Below, piece by piece: positions 40,501 through 52,428 of a stretch of DNA of 64,000 nucleotides (position 1 is the stretch's first letter; every line of letters starts with the position of its first letter). The stretch covers positions 152,210,001-152,274,000 of the forward strand of contig OX597815.1 in NCBI GenBank assembly GCA_951406725.2, read 5' to 3'. The stretch comes from Octopus vulgaris (Eukaryota). The position numbers were made by a program, and so were the translations under genes. Below the pieces are notes generated by a model. It was given only the letters and a program-made list of their open reading frames with translations, was not told where the DNA came from and searched no databases.

Positions 40501-41224
40501 CAATGAGGTGTGTGTGTGTGTAAACACTAACAATAGGAACAGAGTCACTTACCGTTCGAAAGTTCTCCTCCTTCGGTTTTTCAACGAGCAGATCACTATA
40601 AAAGTTTTTGGAAGAGTACTCCTGGCATCTTCCAACCGCATCGGGGTAATTGGATTTTAGTGTGATGCAGGGTTAGTGTGATGTGCAATATTTTAATGTA
40701 TTCTGGTGGTGTTGTGTATCGGTGGTTGCTTGTTTTTAAGTCTCCGTGTGTCAGGGTTTTTTTTGTGGTTTTGGCCAACTTACGTGGAGCCCATTTGAAT
40801 AGCGTCTGTGTAGCAGATAGATTAATATAAATATATATATAGATACGTATATACGTGTGTGTGTATATGTATGTATATATATATCATCATCATCATCATC
40901 GCTTAACGTCCGTTTTCCATGCTAGCATGGGCTGGACGGTTCAACTGGGGTCTGGGAAGCCAGAAGGCTGCACCAGGCCCAATCTGATCTGGCAGTGTTT
41001 CTACAGCTGGATGCCCTTCCTAACGCCAACCACTCCATGAATGTAGTGGGTGCATTTTACGTGCCACCGGCACAAGTGCCAGACGGGGCTGGCAAACGGC
41101 CACGGTCAGATGGTGCTTTTTATGTGCCACCGGCACGGGGGCCAGACGAGGCTGGCAATGGCCACTCCCATAACACTTAAAACAAAACATTAACAGCATC
41201 AAACTCACTGACCTGGGGGAGGGC

Positions 41225-41640
41225 CTACAAAGGCTATGGGCACTTCTCTTTCCCCCAGACACAGCAAGTTTTTTTAAAAAAAGGGACATCAAATGACTTT
41301 TACTATCACATGTGTAGTAACTGGGTCTTCTGCCAACCCATTCATCTCTTTTCTTATCACACTTGTTGTGTTCAAATCCTAAGGCCCTGCACTAATCACA
41401 AATCTCAGTTCTTCTTTCCTAGAATGTCAGACCCACAAAGGCTATGGGTACTTTCTCTATACCCAGACACAGCAAGTTTTTTTAAAAAAAGAGGACCTCA
41501 GATGACCTTTACTATCACATGTGTAGCAGCTGGGTCTTCTGCCAACCCATTCGTCCCTTTTCTTATCACATTTTTGTTCAAATCCCCAGGCCCTGCACTA
41601 ATCACTAAGCTCAGTTCTTCCTTCCTAAAATGTCAGACCT
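41225..41640. repeat. ~208-bp tandem duplication
   Basis: acaaaggctatggg...aatgtcagacc occurs twice head-to-tail (41226-41433, 41434-41639), downstream of the TOE1-like ORF. Confidence 0.85.
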
Positions 41641-42123
41641 CTGGAAATTCCTTCCCTGCTCTCGTCTGCCGAGCAGGTGTTGCTGTGCAACAATTTAAAC
41701 AACACATTACTGGCATCAAAATCACTGGTTTGGAAGACCCTTGGGGGTGGGGAGGCCATGGGCACTGCCCCTTGCTCTGGATCCAGCAAGTGAAAAGAAA
41801 TACATATACAAATATCCAAACACACAAAAGTAACATGGTACACACAAACATACACAAATATACACATTACAAATATGACACAAACATACACACACACACT
41901 CACACACACGCGCACACACACACAATTACACACATAAGTACAAAGCACACACACTCACACACACACACACACACAATTACACACATAAGCATAAAGCACA
42001 CACACTCACACACACACACACACAATTACACACATAAGCATAAAGCACACACACCACCATTGGCCTTGTCTCCAGAAGCTCTAGATCTGGATATATTGAA
42101 TTATTTACAAAGTTCTTAGCAGC

Positions 42124-43435
42124 TTAGGTGTTGGGATTTGATCTGAGAGAACGGTATTTATCTCTGTGGAAGTTGGAGCACTGAGAGAATTTACTTTTAC
42201 ACACCGACAACGGAACGTCCTTGTTACTAAGGAACACTTTATTCAACCAGTGTCTGAGTTGACCACCGGTCAAAGCTAGTTTACAGTCTTTTACATCCGC
42301 CTCACCAAACTTAGCAACAGCAACCGAAAATATGAAACCAGTCATGAAAGCGTCAAACCCAGATGAATGTCCACATGGGGCTGATTTTGTATTTTTTGTG
42401 GATTCCATGCTGTGAGAACTACCCAGCTTTTCATCTTTGGGGACAGCGCTACTTATGAGAGAATCGGTAATTGCTCTTATTTCCTCTAACATATAAGGTG
42501 AAGACTGTCTGGAATCAGGCTGCAGACTTTCTTCCAGTTCACCATTGACTTGACGGTGGGGACTGTTACTTGTTGTTACTGCTGCTGTAGTTATTGTTGA
42601 TGTCAATGACGGTGTTGATGTCAATGACGTTGTTGATGTCAATGGCGGTGTTGATGCCAATGACGTTGTTGATGTCAATGATGTTGTTGATGTCAATGAC
42701 ATTGCTGATGTCAATGACGTTGTTGATGTCAATGTCGTTGGTGTCAATGCCGTTGTTGATGTCAATGACGTCGTTGATGTCAATGACGTTGTTGTTGTCA
42801 CCGCTGTCATCGACACCGTTTCATCAATGTCCATTGTGTGAGATGAACTGCCATTGCTTAGTTCTTCAGAGACTCTGGAACAACCATTATCACAGTCACT
42901 AGCATCCGACAAACCTTCCCTGTTGCCACCGTCGGATGGACGCACGTGTTTTGCAGGTGATGCATCGTCCTCATCCGATGCCAAGTTTTTGGTCGCAAGA
43001 AGCGCCGAAGCCATGCGCTTCTTCTGTTTCCGTTCATGCTTCCTCTTCTTTTTCACCTCTATCTTCAGCAGATTGTGTTCATCAAGATCCAGGATCAAAT
43101 CCACATCATTACTTTTTGTATACTTACGCCCACTGCGACACCAACCATGGGCGGCAAACATTTCGCAGGCAGTCTTGCAGAGTTTCTGTGTAATTTCTGA
43201 AAAATTTCTCTTCTGCCATCCAAAAGTCACGTCGGAACATTTGTTCTGGTAGTTGAGGAAAGATGTCGACACGAAGCTGTTGTTAACGTGGATGCTGCTT
43301 TTGTTGTTATCACGAATACATTTCTTGAAAACATAAAGCAAATACGAAGCCGACATTCTCATTACATATTCAATGAGATATTTTGTGTCAAAGATCCCAG
43401 CTGAAAACATTTCGGATAGATTCGAGACGAAAGTA

Positions 43436-43437
<2 letters not shown>
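42124..43437 (-). pseudogene. TOE1: TOE1 (CAF1-family snRNA deadenylase) C-terminal half; 5'-truncated, intronless
   Basis: [50 protein letters not shown] plus a basic [36 protein letters not shown] all match TOE1. The 5' end abuts (TA)n with no acceptor; the ORF-track N-terminus is microsatellite read-through. Confidence 0.85.
42590..42800 (-). repeat. In-frame 18-bp minisatellite encoding (TSLTST)n within the TOE1-like ORF
   Basis: About 11 copies of acgtcattgacatcaaca variants. Confidence 0.9.
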
Positions 43438-43492
<55 letters not shown>

Positions 43493-43590
43493 GCATACAT
43501 ATATATATATATACATATATATGTATGTATGTATGCATATGTATATATATATATATATACATATATATGTATGTATGTATGTATGTATGC

Positions 43591-43643
<53 letters not shown>

Positions 43644-43657
43644 CATACATACATACA

Positions 43658-43689
<32 letters not shown>

Positions 43690-44033
43690 AAATACAAAAT
43701 AAAGTGAAAATCTACAGATGACTTGTTTATATGGTTAAAGAATATATTTAAATCGTTTTGTTTTTAAAAGTGCTATAGAATTTTGTGTATAGTAACATTG
43801 TTTTGGGAGAAATAACAGTTTCGAATTTTCTTCTCAAATTTCTTGAAGTTTTTTTATCGATACTATGTCATCTCTTCGCTATGATTTGAAGTATGAGAGC
43901 TTTAGACAGGGGAAGGTAATCAGGGATTTTTTCGGTATAAGAGAGTTAATTATAAATATTGGGAATGACTAGGTTTTATTAATTTAACATGATTTGGTTT
44001 AGAAAGAATAGAATGTTAGAAGTGGTTAGGTTT

Positions 44034-44099
<66 letters not shown>

Positions 44100-44399
44100 T
44101 AATGAGGTAAGTTTCCTCATTTAAAAATGCTAGGTTAATTTTGGGCTTATATTATAAGTAGGTTTCCTTATTTAACCTAACTTATGTTGGTGTTCCAATG
44201 GCACATTGATAAAATGGAAAGATTAGAAATTGTGGCAGTAGTTACTTTGCTCATTTCTCAATGTGTTTACTAAAGGGTATCACCTGTATTTTGGGAATGC
44301 AATCTGCTGTAGATGCAGAGGGCATCTGCATCTGAGCGATAATCCCGTGGACCCTATGTAGTTTTGGTGGCAGCCCGAGCATCCAGGGGACCTAAAATT

Positions 44400-44760
44400 A
44401 CGATCCATTATAGCTGAAATTCAGTTCTGGCTGAACCAATATCCAGAAGAAATACCGGAAAGAATCAGCAAGAATTCATAATTGAATCCGTTGAATTCAT
44501 CCCATGAAACAACCACTTTCTGTTTGACAAGATGTTTTATCAACAAAAATCCGGGACTGCCATGGGTACTAGGGCAGCCCCGGTCATTGCGAACCTAACA
44601 ATGAGCTATCTGGAAATAATAATATACCAAGAATCTTTATCTACATTTGGAAACCCTCTTTCCCAATACATAAAAGAAAATTGGAAAAGATTTCTAGATG
44701 ATTGTTTCAACCTCTGGAATGAAAACACAATTTCCTGAGATTCAAAAGACTATTGAATAT
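44400..44760 (+). mobile_element. Penelope-like RT fragment
   Basis: FYQQKSGTAMGTRAAPVIANLTMSYLE...WKRFLDDCF. Confidence 0.85.
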
Positions 44761-45297
44761 TTTTGTTTAAATTACATACATATATGTGTGTGCAACCATT
44801 AATCCAGACACATTTTTCTTCTCTCCGTTTTTTACTTCATTCCTTTCTGTAGGAAAGCATAGGCTTGAAGTGTCAAAGACTCTTCCATTTTTTCCTGAGC
44901 ATCAAACTGACACTCCTTGTTTGTTCTTCTCTTGCCTGGCTTTGTCTTTTTGTACAATTTTTAACTATACATTTACACACACTAATACTTTTCCCTCAAC
45001 GAGATATTCCTCTTAGCATGATAAGGCCTCTTGTGGATAGTTTATTTTATCAATGCCTACTGGTTACTCTGAGTATTGGTCTACATGTGTACCTCATATG
45101 CATAGCATGCTGCATATGTGTGCATGTATTTATATGTGTTTGTGTGCATGTATGCATGTGTATATTAGTAAAATTACAGTACAGTGAAAAAAAGGTATAG
45201 TGAAGCTGCCATGAAGAGTGGAAGATCCAACATTTCAAACAGACTCCTCCAGAGAAAAGTTGCCAAGAAAAAAATTAATAAGGGACAACAGCTTTAC

Positions 45298-46725
45298 ATC
45301 CTCTGCCATGTCGAGTATGCACACTGACATTACACATCCATCAGAGCATACTGGCTTCATTCCTCGCGAGTTTACGCATGTCCTCAGCAGTCACAGCCCA
45401 TGTTTCACTGCCATGTAACATGGCTGTTCATACACATGCATCATACAGTCTGCCTTTTACTCTGAGCGAGAGGCCTTTAGTCACCAGCAGAGGTAAGAGC
45501 TCCCTGAACTTTGCCCAGGCTATTCTTACTCTAGCCGTTACATTTTCAGCACACCCACCCCCGCTACTGACTTGGTCACCTCGATAACGGAAGCTATCAA
45601 CTACTTCTAGTTTTTTCCCTGGAAAGTGACAGAAGTTGTTTTCTGCAGATTTTCAGTGTTTATTGCTCCTGAGCATCTGCCACATACAAAAACTATCTTC
45701 CCAGTTAGCTTTCCTTTGACATTGCTGCACCTCTTATGTGTCCATAGCTTACACTGGGTATATCTTATAGAGTTTCTACCTACACCTTTTCTACAGATCG
45801 AGCAGCGCCATCTACCTGAAGGCATTTGTGGTTTGTCTACCTTCCTACTTATTAGGACTTTGGTTTTAGCTAGGTTGACTCTAAGGCCCCTCAATTCTAA
45901 TCCCTCCTTCTACACCTGAAACTTCTCCTCCAGTTCTGATAGTGACTCAGCAATTAGAGCAAGGTCGTCAGCATAGAGGAGCTCCCAGGGGCATCCTGTC
46001 TTGAATTCCTCCGTAACTGCCTGGAGGACTATGATAAATAGGAGGTGGGTAAGGACTGAACCCTGGTGGACCCCAACCTCTACCTTGAATTCTTTAGTGT
46101 ACACGTTGCCAACCCTAACCTTACTTACAGCATCCCTGTACATGGCTTGCACAGCTCTCACCAGCCATTCATCTATCCCTAGTTTCCTCATTGACCACCA
46201 GATAAGGGATCGGAGGACCCTGTCGAAGGCTTTCTCCATGTCAACGAAAGCCAGGTACAGGGGCTTATCTTTGGCTAGGTATTTCTCCTGCAGCTGTCTC
46301 ACCAGAAATATGGCATCAGTGGTGCTTTTCCCTGGCACAAAACCAAGCTGCATCTCATCCAAGTTGACTCTCTCCCTAATCAGTTGGGCTATGACCCTCT
46401 CCGTAACCTTCATTACCTGATCCAACAGCTTGATACCTCTGTAATTATTTGTATCTAGGGTGTCACCTTTACCTTTGTAGCAGTTGACTAGTATGCTGCT
46501 ACACCAGTCATTGGGTATGACTCCTTCGTGTATCACCTGGTTAAGTATACGGGTGACTAGGCTATAGCCGACACTGCCAGATATTTTGAGCATCTCTGCA
46601 GTAATTCTTGATGGGCCTGGGGCTTTCCCTGTCTTCATGCTTCTAATTGCCTTAACTACCAAAGAACTGTCAACTCGGATAGCTGGTCCCTCTGTTGGGT
46701 TGACATTCGGCAGACTCTCTTTATC
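45298..46725 (-). mobile_element. RTE LINE internal fragment (RT + PHD), with stop codon
   Basis: Highly similar to the reverse complement of ~53850-55270; premature stop after EEKFQV. Confidence 0.92.
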
Positions 46726-47071
46726 CCATATACATATATATATATATAATACACACACACATGATATGCATATATGACTGTGAAAAACCATAAACCATTT
46801 AATAAGAAGATTAGTTATCAATATTTTCACTAACATATTTCCTATAGAATCATGAAACTAATTCCTTCCAAGTGTTTTCCTCAGGAGAATCTTCTTCTAT
46901 CATAATATTTCTGTTGGAATATTGAAACATTTACACCACACCTGTTCATTACATCAAACCAAATTTTAAATTTAATTTTTAGAAAAATTCAATTTTAATT
47001 TTAGAAAGAATTCAATTTTAAGTTTAGAAAATCTAACACAAGTATAATCAGTCCATGCCATGACAGCTGGC

Positions 47072-49084
47072 TTAATTTTCAAGATGAAATATTAAAAGAT
47101 CTTTCAACAACTCGTAAGATTGAAGCAATAAACATGACCAAATAATTAAGTTTCCTGTTCTGTCTTTCCTGTGTATCAAATAAGACTTATCTCCAAACAA
47201 ACAAGTTTTCCATTTGATGTTCTGCTAGACATGTTCCAGTAAACTCAGATAGTCTGAAAGGATCTGTGATTCTTCTATAAGTAAGAAATCAAGGTAATCT
47301 TCAGAATCTCTGGGTAGAATTTTCCTGAAATTATCCAACACCTCCTTCTCTTTCATGTCTTGTTCTTGAGTATTTTCTGTCAAAATAGAAAGGATTATAA
47401 ATGTAAAATGCCAGTTATCATTTTATCTTTTACTTGTTTCAGTCATTGGATTGCAGCCATGCTGGAGCACTACCTAGAAGGATTTAATCAAATAAATTAA
47501 CCCCAGGACATATTTTCTTTTTAATCTGATGCATATTCTATCAGTCACTTTTGGCAAACCATTAAGGGGATGTAAATAAAACTGGGACGGACCCAAAGGA
47601 GGCCTTAGGGACATGTGCCCCACTCAAGAAAAGAAGTGCGCCCTTCTAAATAATATTATTACGCCCTTTTCTCCTGAAATTGTATTCCTTTCTGACCTTA
47701 TGCCCTCTTTTTGAAAAATTCCCGGGACTGTGCCTGTAAACCAACACTTGTTGTCAAGCAGCAGTGAGGACAAACACAAAGACACGCACACTAGCATAGC
47801 GATCGGGGTGGGGGGTGGGGGGACCGCCCGCCCCGAGTGGCACTTTTAAAGGAGCACTACTTTTGGGTTTGCTGTAGGTAATATGTGTTTCTTGTGGGGT
47901 CCGGGAGTAGCAAATAGAAGGGCTGCCCCGGGTGGCACATACTCTAGCTACACTATTGGACACACATACACACATATATATATATATATGATATGCTTCC
48001 ACAGAGTTTCTATCTGCCAGATTCAGTTACAAGGCATGGCTTGGCCCAGGGTTATAGCAGAAGACACTTGTGCAAGGTACTACAGAGTGGGGTTGAAACA
48101 GAAACCATATACTTGGGGAACCAACTTCTTAATCACTCAACCACACCCACACCCATAAAACTCAATTAACTTTCTGACGCCAGGAATCAAACGCAGGCCA
48201 ACCAGGTGAAAACCAATAATCCCAACCATTATCCACATCAGAAGTTGGATATGAAAAAAAAAACAAGGCATTTTGAGCAGACGGCGTTCATTGGATAACC
48301 ACAGGATACCTGGTGATGGAGTGATTAGGAAAAAACTGGGCCAGGTGGGGAAAAAAACAAAACATAGCAGCCAGCTATTCTGTATGTTGTTGTATAGTCC
48401 CTGCTTAAGTTTGATCAAAGGTATTCCAGTTATGGTCACTCCATCTATTTTTCGACATATTGTATCAAGGATTGTTGTTGTTTACTCCTTGTCAAACTAT
48501 GCCTGGCACATAAGGGCCAATTTCCCCAGTTTCATTGGCGTGTAGGTTCCCCACCTGGACAGGATGCCAGTCTATTGCAGGTGAGCTGCTTGATGCCGGA
48601 AGAAAGAGTGGGAGAAAGTTGTGGTGAAAGAGTCAGCAGAAGCTCGCCATTACTTTCTGCTAAAGCCACGTGAAGCTTAGGTGTTTCACTTGGTCTGAGA
48701 TTCGAACCCATGATCCCTTAACCATGAGCCCACTGCTCTAACCACTAGGCCATGTGCCTCCACATATCAAGGACTATATTATCTAATATATTCCTTTGTT
48801 TCTTTTTTTTATTTTTAGATGGTAGACAATGATTTAAGGAAGATTTGACTACTAATGTTGGCAGGTCAAGCAACTCATGCTACCTTGGGGTGGTGTGACA
48901 GCTGGCGTTGGGAGTTGGGTGAAAATATCAAACAATTACCTTGGGGATGACTGAAGGGGTGAAGTTGGATTAGGGGGAAAAATTCCATCATAATTATTGA
49001 GAAGATTCAAGCTTTCTCTAAATCCTTTTTGGATGACTTTAATGCTTCTTTAGAGAATTCTGTTATGTATCCAAGATCAAAAAT
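47072..49084 (-). pseudogene. Decayed exons of an unidentified gene (weak dynein heavy chain C-terminal-like resemblance)
   Basis: Exon 48940-49084 has canonical cttgtag|...|gtaatt ends (IFDLGYITEFSKEALKSSKKDLEKA*). A second exon from 47376 follows ttttgacag (NTQEQDMKEKEVLDNFRKILPRDSEDYLDFLLIEESQILSDYLSLLEHV*). Both have internal stops. Confidence 0.45.
47581..47957. mobile_element. Two short GC-rich MITE-like insertions nested in a SINE
   Basis: Imperfect TIRs actgggacggaccc/gggactgtgcctgt (47581-47737) and tagcatagc/gctacacta (~47792-47957) interrupt a minus-strand SINE. Confidence 0.45.
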
Positions 49085-49889
49085 CTACAAGAAATGGAAA
49101 GAAATTATTATATTTTTAGACATTTATTATTATCATCATTATTATTATTATTATTATTATTATTGAGTGAGTGAGCAGTGCATGCCATCAAAGTGACACT
49201 GGGGTAAAATATATGAAGCCCAGAATACCCATCATGACTACTCATCTGATAAGGGTACACCAGGCACAAGTATCACAACCATGTGTGCGACATAGAGATC
49301 TGATATCAAGATAAACAGAGCATAGCCCTCCATGTGGGGCCCAGTTAGAATTTTCATCAAGTTGAGCAGCCCATCCAATCAAAAGATCCCTGAACAAAGG
49401 TTGTTTAAAGATGAACAAAACACCCATTTTTCCAGAGGTGAATTATTTAAACTCCAAAGAACTCCTATCAACACATGGCTATGATGTTCCCCCACTACTG
49501 CTCATGATCAGAGATGCACATATTGTCAGCCATTAAGGGACATGCTCAACTGTTAAGGTCAAACAACTAACAAGCAAGTCTGTGGTATTAAGCAGAATAT
49601 TTGCTGTAGCCCATCTTTTATACGAAGACAAAACAATGTACATGATAACACTTCCAATCAGTTAAGATCAGAAGCCATGAAAGCTACTACATAAAGGCGT
49701 TTATTATTATTATTGGCACGATCATAAGCACACTGAGCAAAATGCCTGGTCAAGGTCGACTTTGACTTTATCCTTTCAGGATCAAGAAAATATGTACCGG
49801 TTCACCACTGAGGTCAATGCAATAAACTCATGCCTGCCCACAAAATTGCTGCCCTTGTGGCAAAATTTGAAACCATTATTATTATTATT

Positions 49890-50380
49890 ATTTGGACAAC
49901 AATCTTTGCTTGCGAAGACCTGTTGAGGCAAGCGAAATCAAAATTGCTAACGTGGCTGATGACAGGACTGCCTGATTGGCACTCGTGCCAGTGGAATGTT
50001 AAAAGCACATCCGAGCATGATCGTTGCCTGTGCTACTGACTGGCTCCTGTGCCAGTGGCATGTAAAAAGCACCATTCAAACGTGATCATTGCCAGTGTCA
50101 CCTTACTCTCACATGTGCTGGTGGCACATGAAAAACAACATTTCAGCATGGTCATTGCCAGTGCCGCTGGATTGGCTCCCATGCAGGTAGCACGTAAAAA
50201 ACACATTTTCAGCATGGTCATTGCCAGAATTGCCTGACTAGCCCTCGTGCTGGTGGCACGTAAAAGCACCCCCTACACTCTTGGAGTAGTTGGCATTAGG
50301 AAGGGCATCCAGCTGTAGAGACTTTACCAGATATGTTTGGAGCTCAGTGCAGCGTTCTGGCTCACCAGTCCTCAGTCAAA
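49890..50380 (+). mobile_element. RTE 3' UTR fragment with diverged tandem units
   Basis: Repeated gtggca(c/t)gtaaaa(a)gcacc motif followed by the RTE terminal segment. Confidence 0.7.
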
Positions 50381-52428
50381 CTCCCTTTTTTTCCCACGAT
50401 CCCTTTTGATAGAAATCTCCACCTCTTTCCCACTTCTTTTCACAATCCTTTTTGATCGAAATTCTACCCCCCACTATATTTTTCTTCTCTTCCCAAAAAG
50501 AAAAGCTCTACTTTGTATTTTGTTCCCTCTGTGTTCAGTCCTGTGTGGCCATTAAAGAAACATACCTACCTATCTAATTGCAACAACACATAGCATTCAA
50601 AGCCCTGATTGGTAATGAAAAATTAGGCCACGATATATTTGGTGGTTTTATCCCCGTCGTATTTCAGGTGCAGTCGTATGATCACTTGATTCAAACGCTC
50701 TCCGATGTATGGAGACAATTGACAATTGACGAAGTCCTTCCTTTACAATGAACATTGTTCTGCCTGTTGCTCTCGTACCGTCTGTTTTTCCAGGTCTTAG
50801 GACACCTCCATCTGCCCATCTCGCATTTATTTGTTTCCTATGACATTCTTTACAGAACCCTACACATTGCCGTTTACCTCCCTTTTCTCTTCTATTAAAT
50901 GAAACATTTCGGTTGTTCTTGCCAAAGACCTGTATTTGTAGGTATGTATGGCAAAGTTTATTATCCGATTCATTGGCAGCTTATGACCACTTGAGATTCT
51001 TAGCAGCATTTGGTCACTCGGATTCCGCTATCCCATCGTGGAGTGGTCAGATTGACTATTGCACATTTCCTCGCATTGTTAAAGCTTTCAAGTGAAGTGA
51101 CTCCGCTGGCTAAGCGGACATGCCATGATTGCTTCTCCAGTTTAACTGGCTGTTAGCCCCTAGGGAATAGACTCCATGCTCATTGAAACTGTCATTCCAT
51201 AGGATCAATAGTCTGGCACCTTTGTAGTTTGGCTGGACATGTGTGGGCAAAACCCAACTCCAGTGCTTCATAGTGGTGCAACAATGACTCAGAATATATA
51301 CACACACATGCGTATTTGTATCTGGGTGTGTATTCTTTTATTTGTTTCAGTTATTTGACTAAAAGCTGCTCTTTCGTCTATTTTGCATGCTTGATCGTTT
51401 TTTTTAATGGTAAATTAATGGTAAACCCACACATTTCTTGCATATTTTAACAATATCTACGTCCTGTTTGAGACAGCTGGCTAAGTATATCATTACAAGC
51501 TTTACTTTTAGCAGTTGAATGAGTCTTCAAAGTATCTGCTTGGTATATCAACATTGACTTATATATATGTGTGTGTGTGTTTGTGTGTCTGTGTTCGTCC
51601 TCCCAACATTGCTTGACAACTGGTGCTGGTGTGTTTACATCCCTGTAACTTAGCAGTTTGGCAAAGAGACTGATAGAATAAGTACTAGGCTTACAAAGAA
51701 TAAGTCCTGGGGTTGATTTGCTTGACTAAAGGCAGTGCTCCAGCATAGTCATAGTCAAATGACTGGTGTTCCTTGACCACTCCCCCCCTCCTCCCCAACT
51801 AACCCTGTCCCTCTCCTTATGTCTCTATATGCCCCCGTCTTCGATAACCACCATCGCCATATATAAACTAGCGACCGCAAATCGGTAAGCCCACTCGCTT
51901 CAACTCCACTACGAACGCACAGCTCATGAACGGCTAAAGATAAGATTTCTTCATTCAACCTCGCTTTCTCCTACCCTTTGCACGTATAAATCACTACCCT
52001 TTCATTATTCCTCAATTTTTCTCTCATATCTTCCTTTCAGTACCTTCTCTTCATATTTTCCCTCAGTTTTCATCATACCATTCATGTAATGTTTTTCGTT
52101 TAGTCTTGTCTCCCTATTTGCTCCCGTTTCATAGCCACTCATCGTCTCCCCCTAAAATTTGACTTTCTCTGATATTTTCAAACCTACTTTCTTGCTCTCA
52201 CGATTAACAGAATCCTCTTGCTAGTTTGGGGTTGACCCGCCCACCCACCCCCTCCACACATGCCGGAAGTTCCTATTCTTTTTCATCCCTGGGTTGCTTC
52301 CCTTGAAGACTGCAAATGCTCCTTCACCATCCCTACCCCTAGTTTCGACCTAGGTAAGGTAATGATCATACAGTGCAAAATATGAATGGGTAGTGTTATG
52401 CAGGTTGAATTGAAGGCTACTGTATTAC

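Noticed and set aside
41310-42119. 269-aa plus-strand ORF
   Set aside because: Composed of a tandem duplication and CA repeats antisense to the TOE1 3' region; no recognisable domain.
43362-43721. Multiple YIYI/MYVC ORFs and the N-terminus of the 520-aa ORF
   Set aside because: Translation of (TA)n/(TATG)n microsatellite.
50724-51237. Extra segment as an intron spliced out of the 36.6-kb copy
   Set aside because: Its ends are not GT-AG on either strand; a deletion at a short 'gac' homology is simpler.
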